Shown one piece after another: positions 50,086 through 59,273 of a stretch of 64,000 nt of DNA. Numbering within the stretch: the stretch's first letter is position 1; each line of letters opens with the position of its first letter. The translations under genes were made by a program, and so were the position numbers. Under the pieces are notes generated by a model. The model ran no database searches, was not told where the DNA came from, and was given only the letters and a program-made list of their open reading frames with translations. The stretch is from a virus: IMG/VR virus record IMGVR_UViG_3300028393_004717, positions 2,971 through 66,970 of that record. The stretch is one strand, 5' to 3'.

Positions 50086-50979
50086 ATGTCGCTACAAAAA
50101 TATATTGAAAAAAAATATCATAAATCAAAAGTGAATTATGATATTTCTGAATATAAAAAAAATGTGCAAGACATATGTTTTGTTTTTAAGAACAAGCGTG
50201 AATTGCGTGAGTATTATATTGATTTGTCAGAATTATCTAAAGATTTAGATTTTATAAATTATCCAAAAAAATTTAAATTACTTTTAAATATATGTTCGCC
50301 TAACGAATCTGAATATCTAAAAGAATTTGAACATTTCTTTGAATGGGCATCTGTAAGAGAAAATTATAAAATTAGAAGAATAGAAGAAAATATTACAAAC
50401 ATTAAATCATTTTATTTTTTAAAAGAGGATGTTAATTTGGATGACATCTCATTTGTATTAGAATCAAAGTGTTTAAAGGCATTAAATAAATTTAAAATTT
50501 TAGATATTTATATAAATGAAGCGATTCAAGAAACAAATTGGAATGGAACTGATGTTATTGTTCATATTTTAACCGATGATTCTGCAAAAATTCAAGTTGG
50601 CGATGGAAATATATTTTTATTAATGGATGATAATGGTATTAAGTATGTGTCTGAAGATATATCTAATTGCAATCAAGATTTTGAAATATTAAGAGACAGG
50701 TTGTTTAATCCAATTAAACATTATTTTGATTTCTATATTCAAGAAACAACTGATAATAAAAAAAAGATAAACAATTTTAAAAGAAACTTTTATTTAAATA
50801 AAATAAATGAATATTTTTATTTTCCTCTGGATTTAAAAAGACCAGAACCAAAAAATGAAATGGATATTTGGAAGATTAAATTAAAATTAAATCAAATAAT
50901 TTTTGAAGAAGGTTTTTTTAGAGTTAAAGACTGTTTGCAAAAAATAAGATATCTGGAATTGGAGTCACATGAAAGTTAA
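50086..50979 (+). CDS. Hypothetical protein
   Basis: 297-aa ORF operonic with the terminase. Confidence 0.6.
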   Translation: MSLQKYIEKKYHKSKVNYDISEYKKNVQDICFVFKNKRELREYYIDLSELSKDLDFINYPKKFKLLLNICSPNESEYLKEFEHFFEWASVRENYKIRRIEENITNIKSFYFLKEDVNLDDISFVLESKCLKALNKFKILDIYINEAIQETNWNGTDVIVHILTDDSAKIQVGDGNIFLLMDDNGIKYVSEDISNCNQDFEILRDRLFNPIKHYFDFYIQETTDNKKKINNFKRNFYLNKINEYFYFPLDLKRPEPKNEMDIWKIKLKLNQIIFEEGFFRVKDCLQKIRYLELESHES

Positions 50980-51283
50980 TTTAAATGAAATTAAAAATTA
51001 TATTTCCATGGCCTTGTCTGGAACATCTGGAGATTTTCAAATGGCAGAAATAAACTTCCATTTGAAAACAGCTTTGCAAAAAATTGAACAAAAACAAATC
51101 AAAGAAAACAAAAAGTCTGAATTTGTATCTTCTAATATGGTTCTAAAAAATGGCACACTAATAAACCCAATAGATGCAAAAAAGGCTATTTCTAAAATTG
51201 ACGAGTTAATCAACTTTGAGCAAAATAAGATTAATTCGTCATTTATAAAACAAGACAAAGAAATAAAAACTATTATAGATTAG
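50969..51283 (+). CDS. Hypothetical protein
   Basis: SD GGAG; overlaps the upstream stop. Confidence 0.6.
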   Translation: MKVNLNEIKNYISMALSGTSGDFQMAEINFHLKTALQKIEQKQIKENKKSEFVSSNMVLKNGTLINPIDAKKAISKIDELINFEQNKINSSFIKQDKEIKTIID

Positions 51284-51291
51284 GTGAAAAT

Positions 51292-51813
51292 ATGAAAACA
51301 AATTGGAATGGAATTTTAAAAATAACTCATGCACAACACATAAGAAACAATGAAGTTATTTGGGAAGATAAAAATCTTTATAATATTCTTCATTCTCAAG
51401 GAGAAGAATTATTTTTAAAAACTTTATTTTATAATGATGGCACACTGCCAACACCAATATATTATCTTGGCTTAGACTCAAGAGCAGCAATAGCTTATGC
51501 TGACAGTATGACAAGCTTAGTTGGCGAACCTACTGGAAGTGGATACACAAGACAACCATTGAATTCAACATCTACAGGTAATACAGGATGGACTATTTCT
51601 GCGGAAACTAGTATTCATAAAGCTTTATCTAATGTGGTTTCATTTGTTGCTAGTGGTGGTTCTTATGGCCCTATGTATAATTTGTTTTTGACAAATAAAT
51701 CAGATAATACAGGTAGTCTTATTTCAAGCGTTTCATTGTCAACCCCATCAACATTGATAAGTGGAGATGTGCTTAATTTGAGAATGACCTTATCTCTTAG
51801 AGATGTGCCTTAA
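51292..51813 (+). CDS. Putative tail/baseplate structural protein
   Basis: YYLGL...EP.GSGY.RQ...V.F.ASGG..GP....F......G.LI...SGD.L pattern typical of tail-associated beta proteins. Confidence 0.6.
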   Translation: MKTNWNGILKITHAQHIRNNEVIWEDKNLYNILHSQGEELFLKTLFYNDGTLPTPIYYLGLDSRAAIAYADSMTSLVGEPTGSGYTRQPLNSTSTGNTGWTISAETSIHKALSNVVSFVASGGSYGPMYNLFLTNKSDNTGSLISSVSLSTPSTLISGDVLNLRMTLSLRDVP

Positions 51814-52238
51814 ACTATAGTTGATATTAATCTTTGATCGTCATATATTTCAATAATGTGAATTATACTGTAATTTATAGTTTTCTTTTTTATACGACTA
51901 TATTCTTTGTATTGTAGACTTTCTTTTCCACCATCTTTTGAATCTCTAAGCATAATACCTATTGGCAAAGTGCTATTGTCTAAGAATGGTGGTAAAAATA
52001 TATTATAACCTTCATCAAACTTTGTGACTGCCTTTTTACCATCATCTATTTTGAGCTTATATTTACAAAAAACCTCAATTGCAGGTTCTGATGTTTTTCC
52101 ATTTAAATACCATACCGGAATTGATACACCTATAGCTTCTATTTCTGCATCTGGTTCTGCAAATAAATATCTCTGCTCTTTTGTAAGAAAGATATTATGA
52201 GATACCGTTAGAGTTAGAACATTTTGGTCTATATACAT
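51810..52238 (-). CDS. Hypothetical protein
   Basis: 142-aa ORF filling the gap. Confidence 0.55.
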   Translation of the reverse strand: MYIDQNVLTLTVSHNIFLTKEQRYLFAEPDAEIEAIGVSIPVWYLNGKTSEPAIEVFCKYKLKIDDGKKAVTKFDEGYNIFLPPFLDNSTLPIGIMLRDSKDGGKESLQYKEYSRIKKKTINYSIIHIIEIYDDQRLISTIV

Positions 52239-52263
52239 AAAGGATTACTCTAAAAGAGGAAAT

Positions 52264-53142
52264 ATGAAAAAATTTATTATAAACCTTTTCTGTTTATTTA
52301 CCATTTTATCTACAAATTTGGCATTTGGTCAAGAAATAAAAGTACATCCTCTTGACAAAATGCCATTATTGCCATCAAAAATTGGCTATTATGGCGAAGC
52401 ACCTGTTGAGCAAAGAGGGATTGAATTTAGAAAATGGTTGTCACCATCGGTTAAAATAGCTGTGTCAGATGGTTCTGGTTCTGGAACTATAGTTTATTAC
52501 GATTCTTTAAAAAACATAGCTTATGTGGCGACATGTGGTCATCTTTGGAATAACGGAGCCATGAGTACTCAAGAAGGATTAAAAAGAAATATAACATGTA
52601 AGATTATCACATGGTTTCATAATGAAAAAAAATTAGCAGAACCAAAAACATATACTGCAAAAGTCCTTTTTTACAATCATATTACCAATGCGGATACAGC
52701 ACTTGTTTCATTTGAACCAGATTGGGTGCCAAATTATTTTCCAATTGCACCTAAAGATTACCAGTATAAAAAAGGTAGTATTATGCATAGTTGTGGATGT
52801 GATGGTGGTGACGAAGTGGCTCATTATGAGGTCGAAGTGGTTGGTGTAATTAGTGAAAGTCTCACAACAATAAGAAACAGCCCAAGACCAGGCCGTTCTG
52901 GTGGTGGTTTAATGGATGATAAATATTACATTGCAACTTGTTGGGCAACATCAATGTACAAAGGAACGAGTGAAGGCTATTTTACGCCACTACCAGTAAT
53001 TCATGACATATGGACAAAAAATGGATATGAATTTTTACTCAAGATCAGACCAGATTTTGATTTAGCTAAAAAATTAAAAATTATTGATAGAACTATTAGG
53101 CAGCATAAGTATGATGAAGAATATATTTTGATTCCAAATTAA
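52264..53142 (+). CDS. Exported trypsin-like serine protease (S1)
   Basis: Signal peptide; GSGSGT, ATCGH, ADTAL, PGRSGGGL. Confidence 0.85.
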   Translation: MKKFIINLFCLFTILSTNLAFGQEIKVHPLDKMPLLPSKIGYYGEAPVEQRGIEFRKWLSPSVKIAVSDGSGSGTIVYYDSLKNIAYVATCGHLWNNGAMSTQEGLKRNITCKIITWFHNEKKLAEPKTYTAKVLFYNHITNADTALVSFEPDWVPNYFPIAPKDYQYKKGSIMHSCGCDGGDEVAHYEVEVVGVISESLTTIRNSPRPGRSGGGLMDDKYYIATCWATSMYKGTSEGYFTPLPVIHDIWTKNGYEFLLKIRPDFDLAKKLKIIDRTIRQHKYDEEYILIPN

Positions 53143-53151
53143 GGTTTTTAT

Positions 53152-53997
53152 ATGATAACATTTTTAGAATTTTTAGATTATAAAGAAAATAACAATTTAT
53201 CTTCTGATGAATATACCGAACTTCAATCAACATTAAGAAAAATGATGTCTGATAATCTTGATCTTGGAAATTTCGTATCAAACCTTAAGCAATTTATTTC
53301 TAATCCTAATTTTGTTGATTTTTTAAAATCTGGCGATGAGAATGATGCTTTGAAAATCACAAGAAAAGATATATCTGTAATGGATTTAATTCCAACCCAA
53401 GATGAAATCTTTCTTGAATCATCTTTAGACAATGGACTAACTGATAGATTTGGCAACCTTGCACAATTCCTTGATGGTAATGCACAAGTAAAGGGCTATG
53501 TGGTCACTTGTATGGTGAATGGTAGTGTTTTCATTCTTGATGGTCATCATAGATGGTCACAATATTTTCTATTCAATCCACAATCAGAAGTTCCTTGTTT
53601 GATAATTGAAAATTTAAATTCATATTTACGAGGATTAAAAATAGCACATTTAGCTGTTGCTGCAAAATTAAGTCGTGTTCCTTTAGCTTCTGGAGATGAG
53701 ACTAATCTATTCACCATAGATTACGAATCATTTGAAAACCATATTAAAAATATAATTACAGAAAAATCCTTACAAATATTTATTGATAAGAATTTGGCCA
53801 AAAATGTTGATGATGTGGTTGATTTTCTTTGGAATAATGTATTGAAAATAAGAAAATACAATTTAGGAAAAGAATCAAGAGGTTTAATGCCTCAAACTGG
53901 TGGTGCTGCCAAAGGATTTGAAAAAGACTTAGAACAAGGAAAAATAAATGTCATCCCAGATTGGTTAACTTTATCTGGATTATTAGCAGAAAATTAA
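53152..53997 (+). CDS. ParB/Srx-like domain protein (paralog 1)
   Basis: LIPTQ.EI, FILDGHHRWSQ. Confidence 0.8.
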   Translation: MITFLEFLDYKENNNLSSDEYTELQSTLRKMMSDNLDLGNFVSNLKQFISNPNFVDFLKSGDENDALKITRKDISVMDLIPTQDEIFLESSLDNGLTDRFGNLAQFLDGNAQVKGYVVTCMVNGSVFILDGHHRWSQYFLFNPQSEVPCLIIENLNSYLRGLKIAHLAVAAKLSRVPLASGDETNLFTIDYESFENHIKNIITEKSLQIFIDKNLAKNVDDVVDFLWNNVLKIRKYNLGKESRGLMPQTGGAAKGFEKDLEQGKINVIPDWLTLSGLLAEN

Positions 53998-54038
53998 AAA
54001 TTTATATTATATATAATAAATCAATAACAGGAGTCATT

Positions 54039-55055
54039 ATGAAATCATTTTTAGAGTTTTGGAGCCAAATAAAAGAAGAAGCACCAGTAGCACCACAAGC
54101 ACCAGTAGTGGGGCAACAACAAGTGGCTAAACAACAACCAGCAGCAGGACAACAACCAGCAGCAGGACAACAACCAGCAGCAGGACAACAACCAGCAGCA
54201 GGACAACAACAAGTTACAGGACAACAACCAGCAGCAGGACAACAACAAGTTACAGAAGTATTAAAATCTATATTGGATGCTCCAAATATGGAAAATTTTA
54301 TAAGTCAATTGAAAACTGCAATAAGTAACCCAGAATTTTTAAAATTATTGAAAAGTGGTGATGGACAAAAAGATAAAATAAGTGTTTCTGAAAATGTTCC
54401 ACTTGATGTGACCGCACTTATTCCAACTCAAGCTGAAATTTATCTAAGTAAATCAGTCAAAAATGGATTAGAAAACTTTAAAGGTTCTTTGGCAAAACTT
54501 TTATCTGGCGATATAGGTGCTATTCCTGGAAGTGTTATTGTTGGAGCTACAAAAGATGGAAAATATGCAATTATTGATGGTCATCATAGATGGTCACAAT
54601 ATTTTGTTTTTAATCCTCAATCAAAAATTAATTGTAGGGTTTTATCAGGAATTAATTCTTCTCTTGATGCATTAAAAAAAACTCAATTGGCATTAACTGC
54701 AAAAAGTGGCACAGTAATATTAGAGCCTGATAGTGGAGTGGATTTAATGACTACATCTGAGCAAGTTTTTAAAGATTATTCATTGGGAATTTTAAAGGCT
54801 AAACCAGAACATATATCTATTTTTACACAAGTAATACCAGAAATAAAAGATGAAAATCAAGCAGTTGATTATTTGTGGAAAAATGTATTGCGATTACAAG
54901 CCGTAAAAGAAAAACAAGATCAAGCAAACGCAAGGCCTTTAATGCCTCAAACTGACAAGGATGCTCATAAAGGCTGGGAAAAAAGCTTGGCTGCTGGGGA
55001 AATTAATATTGTTCCTGATTGGCTAGTACTTTCTGGCGTAGTCCTTCGTGACTAA
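54039..55055 (+). CDS. ParB/Srx-like domain protein (paralog 2) with QQPAAG repeats
   Basis: SD AGGAG, MKSFLEFW; LIPTQ.EI, IIDGHHRWSQ. Confidence 0.8.
   Translation: MKSFLEFWSQIKEEAPVAPQAPVVGQQQVAKQQPAAGQQPAAGQQPAAGQQPAAGQQQVTGQQPAAGQQQVTEVLKSILDAPNMENFISQLKTAISNPEFLKLLKSGDGQKDKISVSENVPLDVTALIPTQAEIYLSKSVKNGLENFKGSLAKLLSGDIGAIPGSVIVGATKDGKYAIIDGHHRWSQYFVFNPQSKINCRVLSGINSSLDALKKTQLALTAKSGTVILEPDSGVDLMTTSEQVFKDYSLGILKAKPEHISIFTQVIPEIKDENQAVDYLWKNVLRLQAVKEKQDQANARPLMPQTDKDAHKGWEKSLAAGEINIVPDWLVLSGVVLRD
54132..54257 (+). repeat. 18-bp tandem repeat, seven units (QQPAAG/QQQVTG)
   Basis: caacaaccagcagcagga x5 and caacaacaagttacag(g/a)a x2. Confidence 0.95.
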
Positions 55056-55810
55056 TTTTTATAAAAAGTACAAACCTTTCTATAATCACAAAATCTACAA
55101 TGGTTTCCTACTGATCCAACAACTAAAGATGGATCAGAGGAAACTATGCGATCATAAGTTTCTATAAGTTCTTGTTGTGCCGAATCAAGACTTTCTTGTG
55201 TGAATCCAGTCGATACTATTTCAGATCCTTCTAGATAAAACAAAGCTGCTTTGATGTTTTCTGCTTTTGCACCAAAGTGATTTTGAATTATTTTTCCATA
55301 TGTTCTTAATTGTAGGTCTTTTCCTATATTACTTTTATTTTTTCGCCACATTCCTTGTTTCGTAGTTTTGTAATCAAGAATAAAGAATTTATCTCCACGA
55401 ATTATAAGTCGATCAATAAATCCTTTTATTTTTTTATTATTTGGCGGATCAATATCATAATTAAATTCCCACTCTAATTCGCCATCAAACCCAATTTTGT
55501 CGGTAATTGTTTTGACATTTGCCAAATGAATTGGTAATTTTTTCTTGTATTGGGAAGGCAATGGTGGTGAAGGATTGTCCTGTTCCAACATGATTTTGCC
55601 AGTCAAAATTTCTGAGGCAATTTCTTCTATTGGTTTTTTACCTTTTTCCATCACATAATGTTCTGCAACTTTATGAACAATTTTTCCATATGTGAAGTGG
55701 TCAGCAACTGGTTCATTTGATATAATTTTCAAATGATACCTGTATTTGTATTGGGCATGACAAGTATCGAAGCACTGTTTTCTAGATACCGAGATATGTT
55801 CAATGTTCAT
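55052..55810 (-). CDS. PD-(D/E)XK RecB/Cas4-like exonuclease
   Basis: HISVSR...C..QY, G..VH...E, GFIDRL...ILDYKT, QL..Y, CRFCDYRKVC Fe-S staple. Confidence 0.9.
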   Translation of the reverse strand: MNIEHISVSRKQCFDTCHAQYKYRYHLKIISNEPVADHFTYGKIVHKVAEHYVMEKGKKPIEEIASEILTGKIMLEQDNPSPPLPSQYKKKLPIHLANVKTITDKIGFDGELEWEFNYDIDPPNNKKIKGFIDRLIIRGDKFFILDYKTTKQGMWRKNKSNIGKDLQLRTYGKIIQNHFGAKAENIKAALFYLEGSEIVSTGFTQESLDSAQQELIETYDRIVSSDPSLVVGSVGNHCRFCDYRKVCTFYKN

Positions 55811-55849
55811 TTTTGTTTCTCCGCTTAATTGTAAAGAGAAAGAATTAAA

Positions 55850-56890
55850 ATGGCAATAAATTTTGACAAATTTGTTGAATGGGCAGAATCTAGATTTAGC
55901 GATGTGATTGTTAAAGGTAACGAGATTCATTTAAATAGTATATTTTCAGATGATACAAAACATCATTTGTGGTGCAATCCGACTGGTGGCAAAAAATCTA
56001 GAGATTTTGGTGTTTATCATTGTTGGAAGACTGATCAAAAGGGTTCTTTGGTAAAACTTGTTCAATTAGTTGATAAGTGTTCTCGTGAAGAAGCTTTATC
56101 TACTTTGCTTGGATATCAGACAATAGCACAATTAGAAAAGAAATTGGATGAATTTTTTAATGATCAATCTGAAGTTATAGAAGAGCCTAAGCAAAAATCT
56201 GGTTTACAATTACCTTATGGTTCTAATTTGATATCTGAGCTTGGAACAAATAATTGGTTCAGAAAGCATGCAGAAGATTATTTGTCTCGTAGGAAAATAC
56301 CAATAGATGGTCTTTATGTTTGTATGGAACAGCCATATAAGTTTAGGATTGTCATTCCCTATTATGGTCGTGATGGAAGATTGATTTATTGGAACTCAAG
56401 GCATATTAGTCCTAAAGCAAAACTTAGATATTTAGGGCCACCAAAAGAATGTGGTGTTGGAAAAGAAGATGTGATTTATATGGCTGGGAATTGGCCACAA
56501 AAAGGAAAAACATTACACCTTTGCGAAGGCGAATTTAATGCAATAAGCTTGAAATTATGCGAATTGAGTGCTGCTGCGTGTGGTGGCAAGAATATGAGCG
56601 AAAAACAAGCAATTATGCTGTCTGATTATAAGATTGTTATTTGTTTAGATAGAGACAAGGCAGGTTCTCAGGGTAGTGCTAAAATGATGAATATGTTATC
56701 TTTAAGTAAGAACATAAATTCTAATGACAAGCTAATGTTTGTAAGACCACCAGAACAGTACAATGATTGGAATGAGATGTATATTGAAGTTGGGGCAGTA
56801 ATTTTAAATGCTTGGATAAAACAAAAACAAAAAGCTGTTGATTTTTTGGCACCACATGGAATGTCTGGTGATATTCTTGGTTTTTTATAA
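55850..56890 (+). CDS. DNA primase (DnaG/gp61-like, TOPRIM)
   Basis: YHCWK...G, YLSRRKI, RIVIPYY, RYL.P, CEGEFNA, LDRDKAG, DWNE. Confidence 0.88.
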   Translation: MAINFDKFVEWAESRFSDVIVKGNEIHLNSIFSDDTKHHLWCNPTGGKKSRDFGVYHCWKTDQKGSLVKLVQLVDKCSREEALSTLLGYQTIAQLEKKLDEFFNDQSEVIEEPKQKSGLQLPYGSNLISELGTNNWFRKHAEDYLSRRKIPIDGLYVCMEQPYKFRIVIPYYGRDGRLIYWNSRHISPKAKLRYLGPPKECGVGKEDVIYMAGNWPQKGKTLHLCEGEFNAISLKLCELSAAACGGKNMSEKQAIMLSDYKIVICLDRDKAGSQGSAKMMNMLSLSKNINSNDKLMFVRPPEQYNDWNEMYIEVGAVILNAWIKQKQKAVDFLAPHGMSGDILGFL

Positions 56891-56912
56891 ACATTAACTC
56901 AATTAAATTACA

Positions 56913-57299
56913 ATGAAAATAACAACAGTAAAAAACCTAAAGCAAACATTTCAAGGGAAAATTTGCACAATTCTGACTCATCCTATAGCAAAGAGAGACT
57001 TTAATGATGCTCAATTTGCAGATTTTTTCACTGGTGTTGTCGATGAAATTGATGATGATGGGATATTTACCACTCATGCATTGACAGCTTGTAAAAACTT
57101 CTATTTTTTTTCTCAGGTTATTGGCATTATCGAGGAACAAGTTCTCGATCAGCAAAATCCAGAACACATTAAGATCATTGAAGAAGTTAAAGAGAATATG
57201 AAAAATCCTAAAAAAACAAGTGAAACAAATGAAGATCAATTCATAAATATAGAGGATTTAGCGGAGCTAACTGCGAAACTACAAAAAGGAAAAACATGA
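56913..57299 (+). CDS. Hypothetical protein, possibly Sm/SH3-like fold
   Basis: GKICTILT...FTGVV..ID..GI pattern. Confidence 0.55.
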   Translation: MKITTVKNLKQTFQGKICTILTHPIAKRDFNDAQFADFFTGVVDEIDDDGIFTTHALTACKNFYFFSQVIGIIEEQVLDQQNPEHIKIIEEVKENMKNPKKTSETNEDQFINIEDLAELTAKLQKGKT

Positions 57300-57814
57300 A
57301 ATATATTTTATTCTTACAGTGGTGGTTGATCTTTACTATAATATGCGTTTTATCAATATTCACATCATATACTGGTTTTGCAAAAGAAATTTGGGTTAAG
57401 GACAGTAGCTTTATAAGTTATTTTACTTATATTGTATTTTTAATATGCACTATATTTTGCGGAAACATTTCTTATCTTATTTGTAAAAATGGTAAAAAAT
57501 TTGGAGAATTGGCCTTAAATGATTATGCAAACAAGGCTGAAATAGGATGGTTTACAAGTGAATTGTGCCTGACTCTTGGAATGATAGGAACTATAGTTGG
57601 ATTTATAATGATGTTATCTGGTTTTAATACATTGGATATACAAAACATACAAACAGTACAACAATTATTATCACAATTAGGTCAAAGCATGGCAACAGCA
57701 TTGTATACAACAATAGTTGGTTTAGTTTGTGGTTCTTTTTTAAAATTACAATTTTTTTTGGTTTCTATAGAACTTGATAAACTTGAAAATGCTCTTAAAC
57801 ATAAAAAAGATTAA
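57296..57814 (+). CDS. MotA/TolQ/ExbB-family proton channel subunit
   Basis: LGMIGTIVGF...MATALYTTIVGL; four TM segments. Confidence 0.9.
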   Translation: MKYILFLQWWLIFTIICVLSIFTSYTGFAKEIWVKDSSFISYFTYIVFLICTIFCGNISYLICKNGKKFGELALNDYANKAEIGWFTSELCLTLGMIGTIVGFIMMLSGFNTLDIQNIQTVQQLLSQLGQSMATALYTTIVGLVCGSFLKLQFFLVSIELDKLENALKHKKD

Positions 57815-57816
57815 AT

Positions 57817-58461
57817 ATGAAAATAAGAAAAAACTATAGCTGCAATACATCTTTTTTAGATTTGCTATTTAATATGCTTTTAGCTTTTGCTTGTCTTTTT
57901 GTTTTGGCTTTCGCACTTATAAATCAAAATAAAAAAACACCAGATGTTAAAGCTTCATATCTCATAACCTTTACATGGCCAAAAGAATTAGACAATGATG
58001 TTGATGCATATGTAGAAGATCCAGAAGGAAATTTGGTATGTTTTGTGCGTAGAGAAGATGGATTGATGCATCTGGATAGAGATGATTTGGGTCATAAGAA
58101 TGACACTATAAACACTCGTTTTGGGAAAATAACATATAACGAAAACAAAGAAATTATAACCTTGCGTGGCACTACTGTTGGGGAATATTGTGTGAATATT
58201 CACGCATATAACTTTAATCATCAAGTTCCAACTGAGGTTACAGTTCAGCTTGAAAAAGTAAGTCCTACTTATTCCGTTTTGGTACAAAGAAAGATAACAT
58301 TAAATAAAGCTGGCGATGAAAAAACAGCATTTAGATTTAAAATAAATTCTAAAGGTGATCTTGAAAGTGTTTCTGATTTAGAAAAGAAGCTTTTGGGAAC
58401 AAGAAACAAACAAGGCCAACAGCCAGCAAATGTTCCAACAATACCACCAGAAACACCTTAA
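57817..58461 (+). CDS. MotB/ExbD-like single-pass partner with periplasmic domain
   Basis: SFLDLLFNMLLAF TM with conserved Asp; W....DVDAYV.DP.G, LDRDD.G, NKEII (YfaP-like). Confidence 0.75.
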   Translation: MKIRKNYSCNTSFLDLLFNMLLAFACLFVLAFALINQNKKTPDVKASYLITFTWPKELDNDVDAYVEDPEGNLVCFVRREDGLMHLDRDDLGHKNDTINTRFGKITYNENKEIITLRGTTVGEYCVNIHAYNFNHQVPTEVTVQLEKVSPTYSVLVQRKITLNKAGDEKTAFRFKINSKGDLESVSDLEKKLLGTRNKQGQQPANVPTIPPETP

Positions 58462-58468
58462 GGAAAAA

Positions 58469-59080
58469 ATGAACATAAATGCAATTGGAATTCCTTTAAC
58501 ATTCATTATCTTAGCATCTATAGGCTTATGGATTATATTGTATTCTAGGGGAGCTTGGTATTTTAAGCTTGTGTTTGTATTTTTGTCTTTATATTTTAGT
58601 TTTCTCATGTGGTTTTCACTTAGTGATTTAAGTGGTTGGGCAACAGAATCTAAATTTCCAAATAAAACAGTGATTCATTGGCTTTTGGTGCAAGAACCAT
58701 CTAAAACTAATTCTAAACATCTTGGCAATATTTTCATTTGGGCCACTGAAGTCGATGATGATAATAATGTCAAGGAGATTGACACCAATCTATTTTTAAA
58801 GCCATTTTCTTCAAAGAAAAATAATTCAGAGCCTAGAGCTTATAGATTGCCATATACAGAAGAATTACACAAACAGGCAGCTAAGGCCATGCAATTGATT
58901 ATGTCTGGAAAAACCCTTGTTGGAGAAGCGAATTCTGATGGTGGAGAATCTGAAAATTCTGCACAAAATAAGTCAAATAAAAAAAATGGGAATGGTAGTT
59001 TGAGTCAAGAACAGATTTTTAGATTTTACGAATTACCACCAACTAAACTTCCATCAAAAATTACTGGCTTTGATAATTGA
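58469..59080 (+). CDS. Two-TM membrane protein, third gene of the MotA/ExbB module
   Basis: Two N-terminal TMs, GW, IFIW, EPRAYRLPY...LH. Confidence 0.65.
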   Translation: MNINAIGIPLTFIILASIGLWIILYSRGAWYFKLVFVFLSLYFSFLMWFSLSDLSGWATESKFPNKTVIHWLLVQEPSKTNSKHLGNIFIWATEVDDDNNVKEIDTNLFLKPFSSKKNNSEPRAYRLPYTEELHKQAAKAMQLIMSGKTLVGEANSDGGESENSAQNKSNKKNGNGSLSQEQIFRFYELPPTKLPSKITGFDN

Positions 59081-59082
59081 AT

Positions 59083-59271
59083 TTATCTTTTTTCTTTTAA
59101 TTCAAGCCATTCTTTAAATGACTTTCTTTTAATTTTAGATTTTTTTATTTTATCTGGAATGCTTTTATAGTCGGTTTTTCTAGCCCATTCTTCGCAATCC
59201 ACTTTTCCTCCAAATCCTTTTGTAACAAAACATTTTTTAGATTGTGCTTTACTTAAAAATGGCATAATCAT
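59083..59271 (-). CDS. Small basic protein
   Basis: MPF.SKAQ N-terminus; C-terminal KSFKEWLELKE. Confidence 0.55.
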   Translation of the reverse strand: MIMPFLSKAQSKKCFVTKGFGGKVDCEEWARKTDYKSIPDKIKKSKIKRKSFKEWLELKEKR

Positions 59272-59273
59272 CT

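Noticed and set aside
55052-55810. Cas4-like nuclease as evidence of CRISPR-Cas
   Set aside because: No array or other cas genes; solo RecB/Cas4-like nucleases next to primases are common in phages.
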